From positions 138,316-202,315 of the forward strand of contig MU004240.1 of NCBI GenBank assembly GCA_010405405.1: DNA of 64,000 nucleotides. The letters are read 5' to 3'. The notes beneath the pieces were generated by a model. It was not told the origin of the DNA. It saw nothing but the letters and a program-made list of their open reading frames with translations, and ran no database searches. Shown piece after piece: positions 39,401 to 51,514 of this stretch; positions within the stretch are counted from its first letter, which is position 1; each line of letters starts with the position of its first letter. The position numbers were made by a program, and so were the translations under genes. This DNA is from Microthyrium microscopicum. Taxonomy: Eukaryota.

Positions 39401-41019
39401 GCACGAGCCTCTTCTGTTTGAGGCACATGGATGTTCATTTCATCGCCATCAAAATCGGCGTTGTAAGGATTGCAAACACTTTCGTTGAAGCGAAATGTTC
39501 GACTCTGATGAACTCGAACTCTATGACAGAGAACACTGAGCTTGTGCAAAGACGGTTGACGATTGAAGAGTACGATGTCACCGTTGATGAGATGACGATG
39601 AATGATATCTCCAGGCTGCAACTCCGCAATGATCTGCTTGATTTTTTTGTCCCCGATCTGATGGGCGACTTTTAGCGAAATATGAGGCCCGTTGAGCTTC
39701 TGAATCCCATTTGCTCCTGGATAACGTTCCGGCCCGTTTTTAATCGCGGCCTCCAGGCTTCTCTTGAGACTGTCAAGTCTGGGCGCGTACATCTGTGGAT
39801 ATGACAAAATCTTTGCCACATGTTCTGGAATGCCCACTTCTTCTATTGAAAGATTTGGATCAGGACTGATGACAGTGCGGCCTGAGAAGTTTACACGCTT
39901 TCCAGAAAGATTTCCTCGAAAGCGACCCTGTTTGCCCTTCAAGCGAGAGCAAAAACTGCGAATGGCTTTTCCATACTCGCTCTTATTTAGCCCAGGCGCA
40001 TGGCTGTTGATGTACATGGCGATGTGATCTTGCAATTTTTCATAATAGTCCATCTGAATGTTCAAATGCTCGTTAAGTCTAATGGCTTCTCTGAGGCGTG
40101 TGTTCAGATCGATAATTTCGCTCAATTTAGTGGTAAGCTCGTCTTCTGTTGTTCCTTGATCTCCTGGCACGGATGGGCGGATATTTGGAGGCGGGATTGG
40201 TAAATGTGTCCAAAGATATGACTCGGGTCGACCTTTTTGCAAGTTTAATCCAAGGAGTTCGCAGTCCTCAGTAGGGATAGCACAGAACAGACGATGGACC
40301 TTGATGGCTGGTAGATCGTCGAGTGCCTTTTTCATATGACGCGCATTATCTGGGTTCTTCTTGGTATAATTATCCAAAGCTTTGTCGAATAGATCCTTGT
40401 CTGGTGGAGCAACTTTGCTTTTGGCAGCCGATTTGAAGAAGAACTCGAATTTGAGATGCATAAGTTTGCATGCGTGACCAGGAACTTTTCGGACTGGACC
40501 ATTGGATGAGTCACAATGTGGACATCGGCGCACCTTTTTGCAATCGGCTTGAAGACGCTGCAGGAGCTTCTTCTTCTGAAAGGAATCAAGGTTTGGTTTG
40601 CGAAGACTTTTGAGGTAGTTTTGGCGCTCTGCATGTGGCAGCAAGATACGAGAGCATGATTTGCAAATTTGGTTGAGAACCTCGACAGTAAAAGCCAGGA
40701 AGCCGATGTGGAAGCAGGGAGCTTCAAGACGCACAAATCCCCAATGGCCATTGCAAGATCGTTGTTCGTGTCCACAAGTTGCGCAGATGGCGGTTTTGCT
40801 GCTGGTACCTAAGTGGCGATCCAAAGGGCCATTTTTGGTTGGGTTTCGTTCGGCATCAAGGTCGTAGAGATTGCGATCTGATACCTCTAGCTGAGCTTGT
40901 TTCTCGATTTCATCTTGGGACATTACACCAAAATCCAAGGCGCCGATGCGCATGGGAGTTCGATCAGAGACTTGACCTTTTGGCAGCGCCGAGGCTGCTG
41001 GACCAAGTGGCCCGATCAT
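36428..41019 (-). CDS. RPC1: DNA-directed RNA polymerase III largest subunit (Rpc1/Rpo31), 2 exons
   Basis: RLKGKQGRFRGNLSGKRV, LFNRQPSLHKLS, CNPYNADFDGDEMN, GEPGTQMTLRTFHFAG, GITRFGMAKMGDSVLQLASFEKT; no CTD heptads. Confidence 0.96.
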
Positions 41020-42460
41020 CTTGTTAGTAGTCCAGTCGGAGCAGCAAGAAAGTAGAGAAGATTGGTGGCGGATATGGGTGAAGGATACGGTTGTGGTGAG
41101 AAGCGTGAGATATATCAAAAATCAAAAAAGGTTTGGAAGCTAGATCAGAAGCAGGAAGGTGCACGGAATTCGACAGGGGTTTGGTGGGTAAGCTCTGACT
41201 CTACCATGTCAACCATTGATGATCGCATCCAACTTCAATCCATTCTATGAAATGATAGATTCTTGAATTCTGACATGTACGATAATAGTCTGAATTTAAG
41301 TTGCAAACCAGCTATTCAATATTGTTAACAGGTAATGCGCATTTGGCTAGTCTAATTTGGTGTTTTGGAGCCTGCGCTGTGGCTTTGGTTCTGACTGGAC
41401 GGAGCTCCCTCCACTTATCAAGACCACCTGAAAGACCTACGCAGTCATACATAATTTTGATGCGAGAGAGGAATGTTATTTTGAAGAATAAAAGCAATCT
41501 GACCGCGATGTTGAGTCCCAGGTTTAACAACAGTATACTCGCGAGTAATAGACATGATACACTGAGGCCTCTGCTACGGTACTCCGTGATTGATGAGGGC
41601 TGCGGCGCTGCCCCTCACCCCTCCATCTGATACTGGTATTCCGGTCTGGTACCTTGGTGGCTTGCCAGACCAGATGCACTGTAAGTTAGTCTGCAGCCCA
41701 GCCTGATGTGATGCAGCCAACTACTCTAGAGTACTACTCAGCTCTCAAGAAGATGATAGATTCGGGCATGGCAGCGCGCAAATAAACCGCTGGAACATTC
41801 TCAAGTCAAGAATGCTTGGATTAGAATGGCTATTGGAATTGTGCTCTTATCCTGGAGGGTCGACAGCTCGCATCCACAATAATAAGACCCTAATCCGTCG
41901 CTTAATTAGGAATAGTATTACACATAAATCGATAGTTCTTATATAGCGCTAATAGATTCCATTAGCGCTACATAAGAGATTTTAGCTCTAATTCTTAATA
42001 ACGCATTACCAAAATAGTATTACTATAGAGTTTATATAAACGTTACATCTTAGCCTTATTAGCAATAAAATCCCTTAAGAATTAATCTATTTTAAGCATA
42101 TTTTTAAAGCTACAAGTAGAACTAAGAATAGCTAAGACTCCTAAGAGAGCTATAGGTTATAGAATGCGCCCTAATGAAGAGATATAATCTTATAGTAGTA
42201 ATTTAGCTATAAAAACCATTAGATCTAATATCTTTATATTCTATAACTTATATCTTTATATTCCAAAGCTTAATATCTTCTTTAAAGCTAAAATATCTTA
42301 ATAATATAATTCTATACCTAGAATCTTAATTAAGAGCATACTTAGCTCGTTTAAAGTAACCCTAACAGCAACCCTAACGTCTTCCCTACCCTTTTAAGCC
42401 TTCTAAGGCCCTACTATATAAAATACGCCTATTTAATACTCTAATTACTAGCAGGCCACA

Positions 42461-43378
42461 ATGCCTATAGGGCTAGTAGCTTTACCACACTAGCATTTAA
42501 GCTAGGGCTAGGATAATCTAACCAAATTAGTTAGAATCTACATCTATAATAGGGAATTATATAGTAATAGTACTAGTAATGCCCTAAGTAGTTAAAAGGG
42601 CGTATTTTAGAATAGCATTATTTAAGATTTTAAAGTAGCGTCTAGTAGTAAAGCACCCTCTAATTAGACTATAAAGACTACTCTAAAAGACAATATTTTA
42701 CGCTAGCATAAAGAGAAGAATAAATATTATTTAAGGACAGTTCTTAGATCTAACCTATGTTAAGAAGCTCTAAATACATAGATTATTATTAAAGACTAGT
42801 ATAATTTAAGGGTACTAAGTAGAACTAAAGCTTAGGAACTAGTTAACGCCTATAGGTAAGAATAGGTTTAACGCTACGATATTATTATAATAATATTTAG
42901 TAAGCGTTCTAGCCCTATAATTAAATTAGATAAGACTTCGCCATTACTAGTAGATATTATTACTACTCTATATATTCCTAGATCGCTATTACAAGAATTC
43001 CTTAACTTCAATAGTACTAGTTTAGGTCCTCTACCACTATAGCGTACGCGCGCTTAATCCCCTACCCCTAAGCCTCTAATAGGTCCTAGCTTAGGCTTAA
43101 GAAGGAGTAGAAACACTCAAAATCCTACAGTAGGGCAAGTAAAGCGCCAAAAAACTCGCTCTTATATTAATAAAGCTACAATTATAATAACTCGCTTTTT
43201 TATTAATGCTAATAAGAACCTTAAAAAAGCAGATAAGCTAAAGAAGGCATAATATAAAGCGAATAGGATTTATAATAGTAGTAGTAGTAATCATTTTAGT
43301 AAAGATATATTAGATACAAGAGGTATTAAGTTAAGGGTGTTTAGATTAGAAGAATAGGCTACTTAGGAATTAAAGTGA
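42461..43378 (+). pseudogene. Harbinger accessory ORF2 (Myb/SANT-like) of element B, end approximate
   Basis: ATG at 42461. De-RIP reading LTKLVRI(C)..NRELY....NAPS(GR)KG.F(W)NS ... (SG)TV ... EAL(D)T(W)I; likely intron from ~42856. Confidence 0.65.
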
Positions 43379-43587
43379 TATTTAGAAATAGCAAGAGATC
43401 TTAGCTTTAATCCTATAAATAGACCTAGATAGATATAATTCTAATATTCTCTACAAATTTTAGTAGTAGTTATAGATATATTCCATTTATAGCTCTTTAC
43501 GATATCTTCTAAAAGCTTTAAGGATTAAATAAAATGCTAACCCTAAATCTTTAATATCTTTACCCCTTAATATCTACAAGCACCTAA

Positions 43588-44801
43588 CTATATCTTATCT
43601 TCTTTAACATCTTTAACAAAACAGATATCTTTTAAACTATAATAAATTAACAATTCTATCTAATTAAATATTTCAAAAGGATTTAAATAATCCTTAATAG
43701 ACATTAGCAACGTCCTAAAATAAGAATTTACTAAGTTTGTATAGTAATACGTTAGGCAGTTAGTTAATAAGAACGAGATACTTAAATAACATATAACAGG
43801 CATTAAACTAACGTATAGGCCTAGCCTAAAATTAAATATCCCTCCACGCTATAATCCTTTTAACTAAATAAAAAATTACTTAACGAAAACCCTCTTCTTT
43901 ATTATAATATAGTTAAATCGTCGCTTAATTAGATTTAATAGCCTATCGAATAGAACTATTATAATATTACTACTCTAGTATATAGCATCTCTATATAACC
44001 ATTATTTTTAATAGTGTTAAAATAGCTAACAGAGTCTATCTTTAAGTCTAGACTTAAGTAACATTATTCTATCATTAATAGCACTAGGATAACTAACGTT
44101 AATAGAAAGGATTATACCATTAGGATAATAAACGGCTTAGCTTTTTATATAGTGTCTTCTTATATAACTACTATAAAAAGCTTACTATTAGTCCTCTTTA
44201 CCTTTAGGTTAATAGATATTTACTATAGTAGCATTAATAAAGCCCTAAAAGTAATCTCTACTACCACTATCCCTTATAATATCTATATACTCTTATATTT
44301 AATCTAGCGTTAAAAAAGGATAGAATTTTAAGAGCTTAGAGTAGTAGCGATAAAGATAAAGAAGAGTATTATTAAAGTAGTCCTTTAACGTTATTAGGCT
44401 CTTATAAAACCATTATGCTAAATCAAAATAAATATATAGTTAAGCTAAACGCATAAGTAGTAACAATATTAGGAATTTAGCTTTATATAAAGGATTATAT
44501 TATTTTTTAAAGGGCATATTTTAAAGATCTATTAGTTAAGCTAACTATCTAATTTCCTACTTTAAGAACCTATTACATACTAATTAGTACTATAAGCATT
44601 CTTTAATATAGATTTACTATACTAATATTACAACACCATATTGCTATTACTAAGCAGATCCAAATGCTATTCTTAGTATCTATATTTAATAGGTAATTAA
44701 TATTCTTAATCAATATAGTCCTAATTAATAGCATTAAGGAATTAGAACTATTATAAAGCTACACTAGCAGCTTTACTAGTAATCTATTATACGGCGTCTA
44801 T
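43588..44801 (-). pseudogene. Harbinger DDE_Tnp_4-type transposase B, RIP-destroyed
   Basis: De-RIP reading: RF(S)K(Q)EIR(Q)LA, LLMRLA, F(W)GFI(D)AT..I(CR)P (~44227-44250), FYS(GH), P(D)G, ND..ML.(E)S(G)L, WLY(G)DA.Y, RFN...KRVFV(E), LLTNCLT(C), SYF...MS.(E)DYL. Intron at 44622-44570. Confidence 0.9.
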
Positions 44802-45500
44802 TTTGGGTATCTTAGGCTTTAAATTTAATAATTTTTAGATAGTCAATAGCTAAGATCTAGCAAGATTAAGGTTCAAAAAGCTATAGGGGCAAAATTTGTA
44901 TGTAATCCTTTATCCCTATTTGATACCCCCTAATGGGACCAACTAATCTACCCCTTACCTCTTTTAGCTGTCGGATAGCGTTTATTAATTATCAGGTTTT
45001 CAGCTGTCGACCCTCCAGATCAACGGCTAATGTGTCAATGTTGCGCTACGGAACGGGGCTGAAGTGGTGAGCCAACGATGGCCCCGCTCCCAAACTAGGC
45101 AGTAGGCAGAAATGTAACAAGACACGAGTAATCAGCTACAGGTAGGTAGGTATTGATTGATGTTATTCGTAATAATTGGTGTAGTAAGAAGGTATAGGTC
45201 TGGCATCTCCGGTTTTGATACAGCGCTTTACCCTTTTCCTGCTGCCCGTGATTTCGTGGCTCTTTCCACCTACCAGGCGGCACCTGATTACCTGTAACCT
45301 TAGGCTAACTCTACTACCGTACCCTCTACTACCTCTCCTCAACTCCTCCCTCCCTCTACCTCTACCTTTACTATCTTTGGCACACTTCCAACAAGTAATC
45401 GTTAGATATCCGAAAGTCGACCAAACTTGTCTCTCTCACCATCTTCTGAAAACCACTTACTTCCTCGTCGACTGACTGCCTGTCCTTCGACTCCTCCATC

Positions 45501-47540
45501 ATGCCCCCGCCTCTACCACCATCAACAGCACGCTTAATGTTGAAGCTCACCCTTGTCGACGGCGACGACAACCTCAACAGCCGCTCCATCGAGCTTACTG
45601 AAGGCGACTCTGTCATTGTTGGCCGTGCTTCCAAAGATCCCAACAAGAATATCCAGGCTCGCACCCATAACTTCAACATTACAAACTCCGTCGTCTCCAG
45701 ACATCACGCTCATTTCTACTATCAGCGGTCATCAACCATGCCTTCTCTGGTATCCAGCTCTCTTCCCCCATCTTCTTTCGAGCAGGCCGCTGACTATTTA
45801 CTGCAGCCTTGCAAGCTCTATATTGAAGATGGTGGTTCTTCACATGGCACTTATCTGAACGAGGAGCGAATCCCACAGGGTAGCAAGAAGGAAGTGAATG
45901 ACGGTAGGATTTCCTCGTACTGTTTCATCGTTCTCGACGATGTCCGATGCAGCCCAAAACACGGCATCTCCCATCGCATTCGATGGCTACCATATACTGC
46001 GTTTCTAATCGAGTTCTATGGTGCCCATCGAATGCGACGGGCATTTGGCGGTTTCAGGCGTTTTGGTTCTGTTCCTGATCTTTTACTGACGGATCCCAGG
46101 GGATGAGATTCGATTTGGCGTCAAGGTCGTAAGAGCCGATGGTAAATACTTTCTTCCGCATTCCAACCACGTTTACTCACCAATGATAGCCGAATTCCCA
46201 CCACCCGTTTATTCCGTCGAGCTTGAAGAGGTTGAAGACGACGATGACGCCGGTCTGAATGCCAACGGACGTTCCTACGGCTTTCACGACTTGGTTCAAG
46301 CCGATATCGACGAGATGATTGCCGGTGCAAGTCACGACGATCACGACGATGGATATAGCGACGGATATAGCGATGCCGAGGCCGGTGAAGATTATCCTGG
46401 TTCTGAGGAACTCTGGGATCAAGATGATTATGATCATGATCATCTCGAAGATGACATTGAGGAATTATACGACGAAGAACAGCAATTCGAACTCGATACC
46501 ACACTTGGCCCGAAAGACACAAACGACAACCCCATCCACGCACGACAGGCTAGTTTCAATGGCCAGCCATTGTCTACAGCTTACAAGTTTGACGTCTTCC
46601 AGGCTACCAATCTCAATGCAGTCGAGGTAAGATTGACCGGTTTTGTGCTCGTATGATGCAGGCCTTCGAGTGTTATGGGAACAAACAAGTGCTATGACCC
46701 TCATCAAGTACTTTGGTACGCACATAAGGCAATGCCGCGATGTTTCTGGGTCGATAGACTGGCACCGCTTTGGTAGTTTCTCAGGAAACCTTACAATGGA
46801 TGCTACTGCCAGAGTACTTGATGGTTGCCATAGCACTTGATGGCCATCATCACACTCGAAGGGCCACTTGACAATTTTTAACTAACATTTTGTAGGTCCC
46901 TGGTCTGTTGCAGAACGATGAATCATCAAGCGATCCTTCATCTTCGCTGCCTGTTTCTCCTGAGCAGACGCGAGCTGGAACTGATTTCTGGACGGTCGCT
47001 CTTCAACCACCACCTGGAATGGCTCAAGCAACTGCAGGTGCCTCGGAACCGACCAAGGTACACCCAGATCGCCAACGCATGCTCGCTGTTGAAGAGCTTG
47101 TCAATAGCACCGAACCTTCTTCAACATCCTTCGTCGGTCGCAAACGAAAGGCAAATGCTATGGACGCTCTTGAGCAACCTGTCACCCAGCGATCGCCAGT
47201 AGTAATAGTTGACGTTCAGCCACAGGTGAATGCAACTGAATCATCAACATCCCAGCTAGAAATCGCAATGTCTTCTTCCACACTGGCGCGACCAGAACAA
47301 GTCAAGCAGCAGGTTGAGCATGTCCAGGAGCGAATGAAGCAAGTCAAGGAGAAGCTGGCCCAGGCATTGAAGGAGCCTGTCGACGTTCAAGCAGCAATGG
47401 CAACTCAAGACGCTCCCGTCGAGCCACCTCGCAAGCGAGCTCGAATGACCAATGTGGCCATCGGTGTCGGCGCTTTTGTCGCTGGATCCGTCAGCACCAT
47501 TGCGGCACTTGCCAGCCTTCCTGAAAGTTTCTTTCTCTAG
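45501..47540 (+). CDS. FHA-domain protein with acidic centre and C-terminal hydrophobic anchor, 5 exons
   Basis: VIVGRASK, VVSRHHA, IEDGGSSHGTYLN, GDEIRFG. Introns ~45750-45807, 45904-46099, ~46142-46189 and 46627-46895. Tail VAIGVGAFVAGSVSTIAALASLP. Confidence 0.88.
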
Positions 47541-49581
47541 AAGTCCGGGTCATTGATGTTTTACGTCTTACTGTCATGTCATGGAAATGAAATCGGAGGT
47601 GTCATCATGCTTTTGATGGAAACGGTGTTGCCAGGTGTTTTGTATTCCTTTATCTTTTTTCTTGTCAACACCCAGCACCCACTTTGCATAGCACTACCAC
47701 GGATTGGTCTTCCCTTTTAGTTTAGTTCTTTTCCCTACTAGAGACAAAGAGAAATGATATACTCCCCATAAAACTATGGCTCTACTATAGAGCGGTGCTT
47801 GCATTCTCCCATTTCTCACTTGCATCGCCTCTTCAATCTCCAATAAATCGCGCATCATTTGCATTCCCTTTGCCGCTGACCATCGCCGGGCGCTCTTGTT
47901 GCCTTGCGATGCCGTTTCGCCCTGCATCGTACATGCAACCAATTAGCCCTTCACTGCCTTTTTCCTTCTATAGTTCTCTCCTTTTCTTTCCTTTTTCCCT
48001 GATAGCCGCGCTTATCCCGTCCGACCATGTCCTCTTCGTAAACATTCCTATCCCAAGATAGCTATGGACGATGTGCTGGCTTCTACATACTGGAATCCTG
48101 AACCAGCTGATCTCAACAACTCGCATTATCAAATCAACTGCAATCCAATCTCGCCCTGTTCGCTCGTTCCTGCTGCGGGCCATCTGTGTTGCCGATATGG
48201 AGATTTGCTGATTTCCCATATTCGCCCGCTTCTTGGTCACTGGTCCGTGGAACGGAAGGACCTGGGGCGGGCGGGAAGACTTCTAGCCTGGCCTCTGTTT
48301 CTTTTTGGTTTGGTTCGCTGCTGTGTCGCCGAACGGCAAGAGACGGCCCGGTAGTTTGGGCGCGTAGTGATTTGGATGTGCATTGTTAGGAGGGGGGCGA
48401 TCCAATGCTGGTAGTATGTTTGGGCGAGAGAAGAGTAATATGCGCGAGTGCTTTATCGTAGAAAATCGTATCGAAAGTGTCAGGAATTAAATCTCCGCGG
48501 GATATAGTGACCACTTTGGGCATGTAGTTGGCGGAAGAGGTTGTATTGTACCCTGGGACGTGTCCATGTCGTTGGGATTGGATGTCCGAAAACTCGGTGC
48601 AGATCCGGATATGGTGGTAGGGTCCAAAGGAGCGGGTTTTCTGTCGTGGGAGACGAGGGAGGGAAGTTGGATGCGTACGCCAGGAGAGAGCAGAGATTTG
48701 CAAAGGAGTGGGACTTGTTGAAGAAAGAAAGTGGACTGAGGCGGTGAGAATGGTAAATTCCGTGGCATTGGTTCTGCTTGGATTTGAGTTGTTGCTGGTC
48801 ACACTGCTTTGTGCTTCTGTTTGATACTGGGCTACGTGGTAGTTATGAGGCATAAGGCTAGAGTACCTGAGCTATGGGATCAGGTCACTGAACGAAAAAG
48901 GCATGTAGATCCTGAATTTTTGGTTGTATTTTGGCACAGCTAGTGATTACTTTCACATATCACTGTAGAGCAAAGTAGAACACAAGTTCAAGTTATCAAA
49001 CTAGCTGTCTGGTAAAGAGTACCAAACGCTTAGAAGTTGAGATTCATTTCGTAATTATACGGAGAAAATTCCGAAGGGGGCATAAGTACTATTCAGTGCT
49101 AGATAGAAGAGTGCGATTGACAAATCCGAAGAGCATGAACACTCACCTGCAAGATGCAAGTGAAGTAGACCAGGTATGACATGAACAATTGTGGTTCGTG
49201 TGAAGAAGTTCTTCTAAAATAACAGTGATGTTGCTAAAGAAGCTTGAGTTAGATATGTTGCTGGAGAAAGGGCCTAGGTGTGTTCGTTGCTTTGCTTTTG
49301 TTGGTCCTAGATATATTTGTAATGTAGGAAAAGCTCTCGTTTGCGGTAACCAAGAATCGTATATGTATCTTGATGTATGGCCTTGCAGGAACTTGCCAAA
49401 TGACAAGCCAAGGCGTCAAAGAGAAAAGATGGATGTTGCTTGTTATTGTAATTGGTTATGTTGGATCGGCCATGCGAGTGAGGTCGATTGTTGCTCGCAT
49501 ATGCTCGTCTGCTAGCTTCACCATGGCATTTGGTCAAGAGTAAATTGATAGATATTACTCATCATGGTGATGTTGAACAAG

Positions 49582-49925
49582 CTAGTGATCCTTCTCCTTC
49601 TTGCTATTGTCGGTTGCATTTTGACAAGAAGGACAGCCTGGGCAACGAAGAACTCCGTTAGCTCCACAAGTCTCGCAGCTGTTGTACTAGTGTTAGCCAA
49701 TCAATTCATATATAGGTAATGAAGGCGCAGCAAGATAATTTGAGGACAAAGAAATCGGGCAGAATGTTTTGCGCTAGGTGAGAATTTTGGCGTCATATTA
49801 CGGAGCCGCAATTCCTCGGATGTACTAGGTAGAACGATCTTGATATAAGAGAGCACTTACTCGACAACATTCCTCGGATGAGATCCACACTGGGGACACT
49901 TGATGAACCCACCGCATTCGGCCAT
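49582..49925 (-). CDS. 53-aa Cys-rich zinc-finger microprotein, 2 exons (absent from the ORF track)
   Basis: Exon 1 49925-49861; intron GTAAGT..GCTAAC..ACAG 49860-49679; exon 2 49678-49582. Product MAECGGFIKCPQCGSHPRNVVDCETCGANGVLRCPGCPSCQNATDNSKKEKDH. CAAAATG-like start context (CCAAATG) and TATAAAG at ~50041-50047. Confidence 0.75.
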
Positions 49926-51514
49926 TTGGAAGTTTGATCTGGGTGTGGTGCTGTTGATATGAGAGAGTATTGTTTACGTAGAGGAAAGGTAGGATAATTC
50001 ACTGAGCATGCTCAGAAGAGCTTGGAAGACTTTGACTTGACTTTATATCTTCCATTCGATTAACAGTGTACTCCCAACTTCGACCCGCCCTCGAACCACT
50101 TGAAATATTGCTATGCGGACAAGGCGTACCTCCGATCAGACACCAAGAAGTGTGCAAAGACTCGAGAATGGTACCTCAAACGTGCGTGATTAGAGCTGGC
50201 CATGGGAGGCGCCAGCGAAGCGGTGGACGTTGAAAGCTGGAACCGTGTCACAGTTCGTCAGCGGTGTTCCTTTCTGGATACATTCAGGCATGCCATTGCG
50301 GGAGATAGATCTCTAACTGTTGATCATCGAGAGGGTCTACCTCCAATTGTATTGCGGGCTTGATAGGGCGTAATTAGAAATTGAAAGAACCACAAAACGA
50401 TGCTGATCGACCCACAAACAAGATCATGCACATCGTATTGGGTAGAGCCACCGCAGGTGATTGGAGCATTACGAGTGAGCGCTTCATACGAATCTGATAG
50501 GCAAGCATAATACTGTGCATTATATTGTCAAAATTCCGAGGACCCAAAGTCTAGGTTCAGCTGGAGCTCTCCAAGCAATTCTTCACTAGCCTATCGTGAA
50601 GTTTCAACTCTGTATCCAGACTGACGGTAATCTTGCAAACTATTAACGAACCTCGGTAACATAAAGCTTGAATCGGCATAAATCCTGTGTCAAGAACCGA
50701 TAAACTGGTCCCGAAAAACAGCAGAGTGGTATCTGTACGAGGTTGGGCATCCGTTTGTTTCCGAGACTTGTTCTTCCTTACAGTGGAAAGTTGGTTTAAA
50801 AGCCATAAAACCCCGACATTATCACACCGAGGCACCAGAACGTTGTCCATGCTATAGGTCAATATTCTTCGAAAATCTTGCTTTAACGTGGTCCAAAGCT
50901 TAGGGCAGATGCTCGTGACCTATTCATGGTTTTCATGAGCAGATTTGCTGCTGGCATTGAGTACTGCATCTTCCACTGCGCCCAGTTCATGGAACCGGGT
51001 AGGAACGAGATGTTGCAATGCACTATCGAGTCTATGAATATATCGGCAATCGCTTATCGCGCCACTTGAATATTGAAGTCTACGCAGGTGGCGCGATATG
51101 AAGTGCGCTTTGGCGAATTAGGTGTGTGAGAAACAGACGGTGTGTAACATGTTGTCCTTCCGGTCAGCAGCGATTTGCGTCCATGTGCATCAGAGGATAT
51201 AGTCATGCGCAAATTCAGGCAGGGATATGCAACGCCATATCTCACTCTCCAGTTCGCATTTCTTCTCGGCTTGAAAAAGCACTAATTGGAAGTAGGAGAG
51301 TGCCTCTGTAGATATGCCAGGCATGATCGAATCTGGATCGTTCGATGAATAGTTGGATGTTATAGGCTCCCTGCCTCGCTGATAGCATCAGCATTTCTGT
51401 AATGTAGTTGCCTGATAGAAGCTTGTCTGATAATTCGAAATTTTTCGAAATTTGATGATGAGTATATTAACAGATGCTTCCCGAAACACTGATAGCTGAG
51501 GCTTGTATGATAGC

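Larger units (their letters stand above)
41852..45018. mobile_element. Complete RIP-inactivated PIF/Harbinger transposon B (3167 bp)
   Basis: Perfect 17-bp TIR CTGGAGGGTCGACAGCT (41852-41868) / AGCTGTCGACCCTCCAG (45002-45018), flanked by ATC at 41849-41851 and 45019-45021. AT-rich interior with two convergent degenerate ORFs. Confidence 0.92.

Noticed and set aside
41640..41674. Hairpin GGTCTGGTA..TGCCAGACC upstream of RPC1
   Set aside because: A single short stem with no ncRNA boxes; plausible by chance.
41880..45000. AT-rich blocks as mitochondrial insertions, centromeric DNA or LTR retroelements
   Set aside because: The TpA-biased composition and recoverable Harbinger transposase motifs with TIRs explain them.
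49811..49880. 12-bp direct repeat ATTCCTCGGATG in exon 1 and the intron of the microprotein gene
   Set aside because: Only two copies and no element between them; not interpretable, and not a CRISPR-like array.
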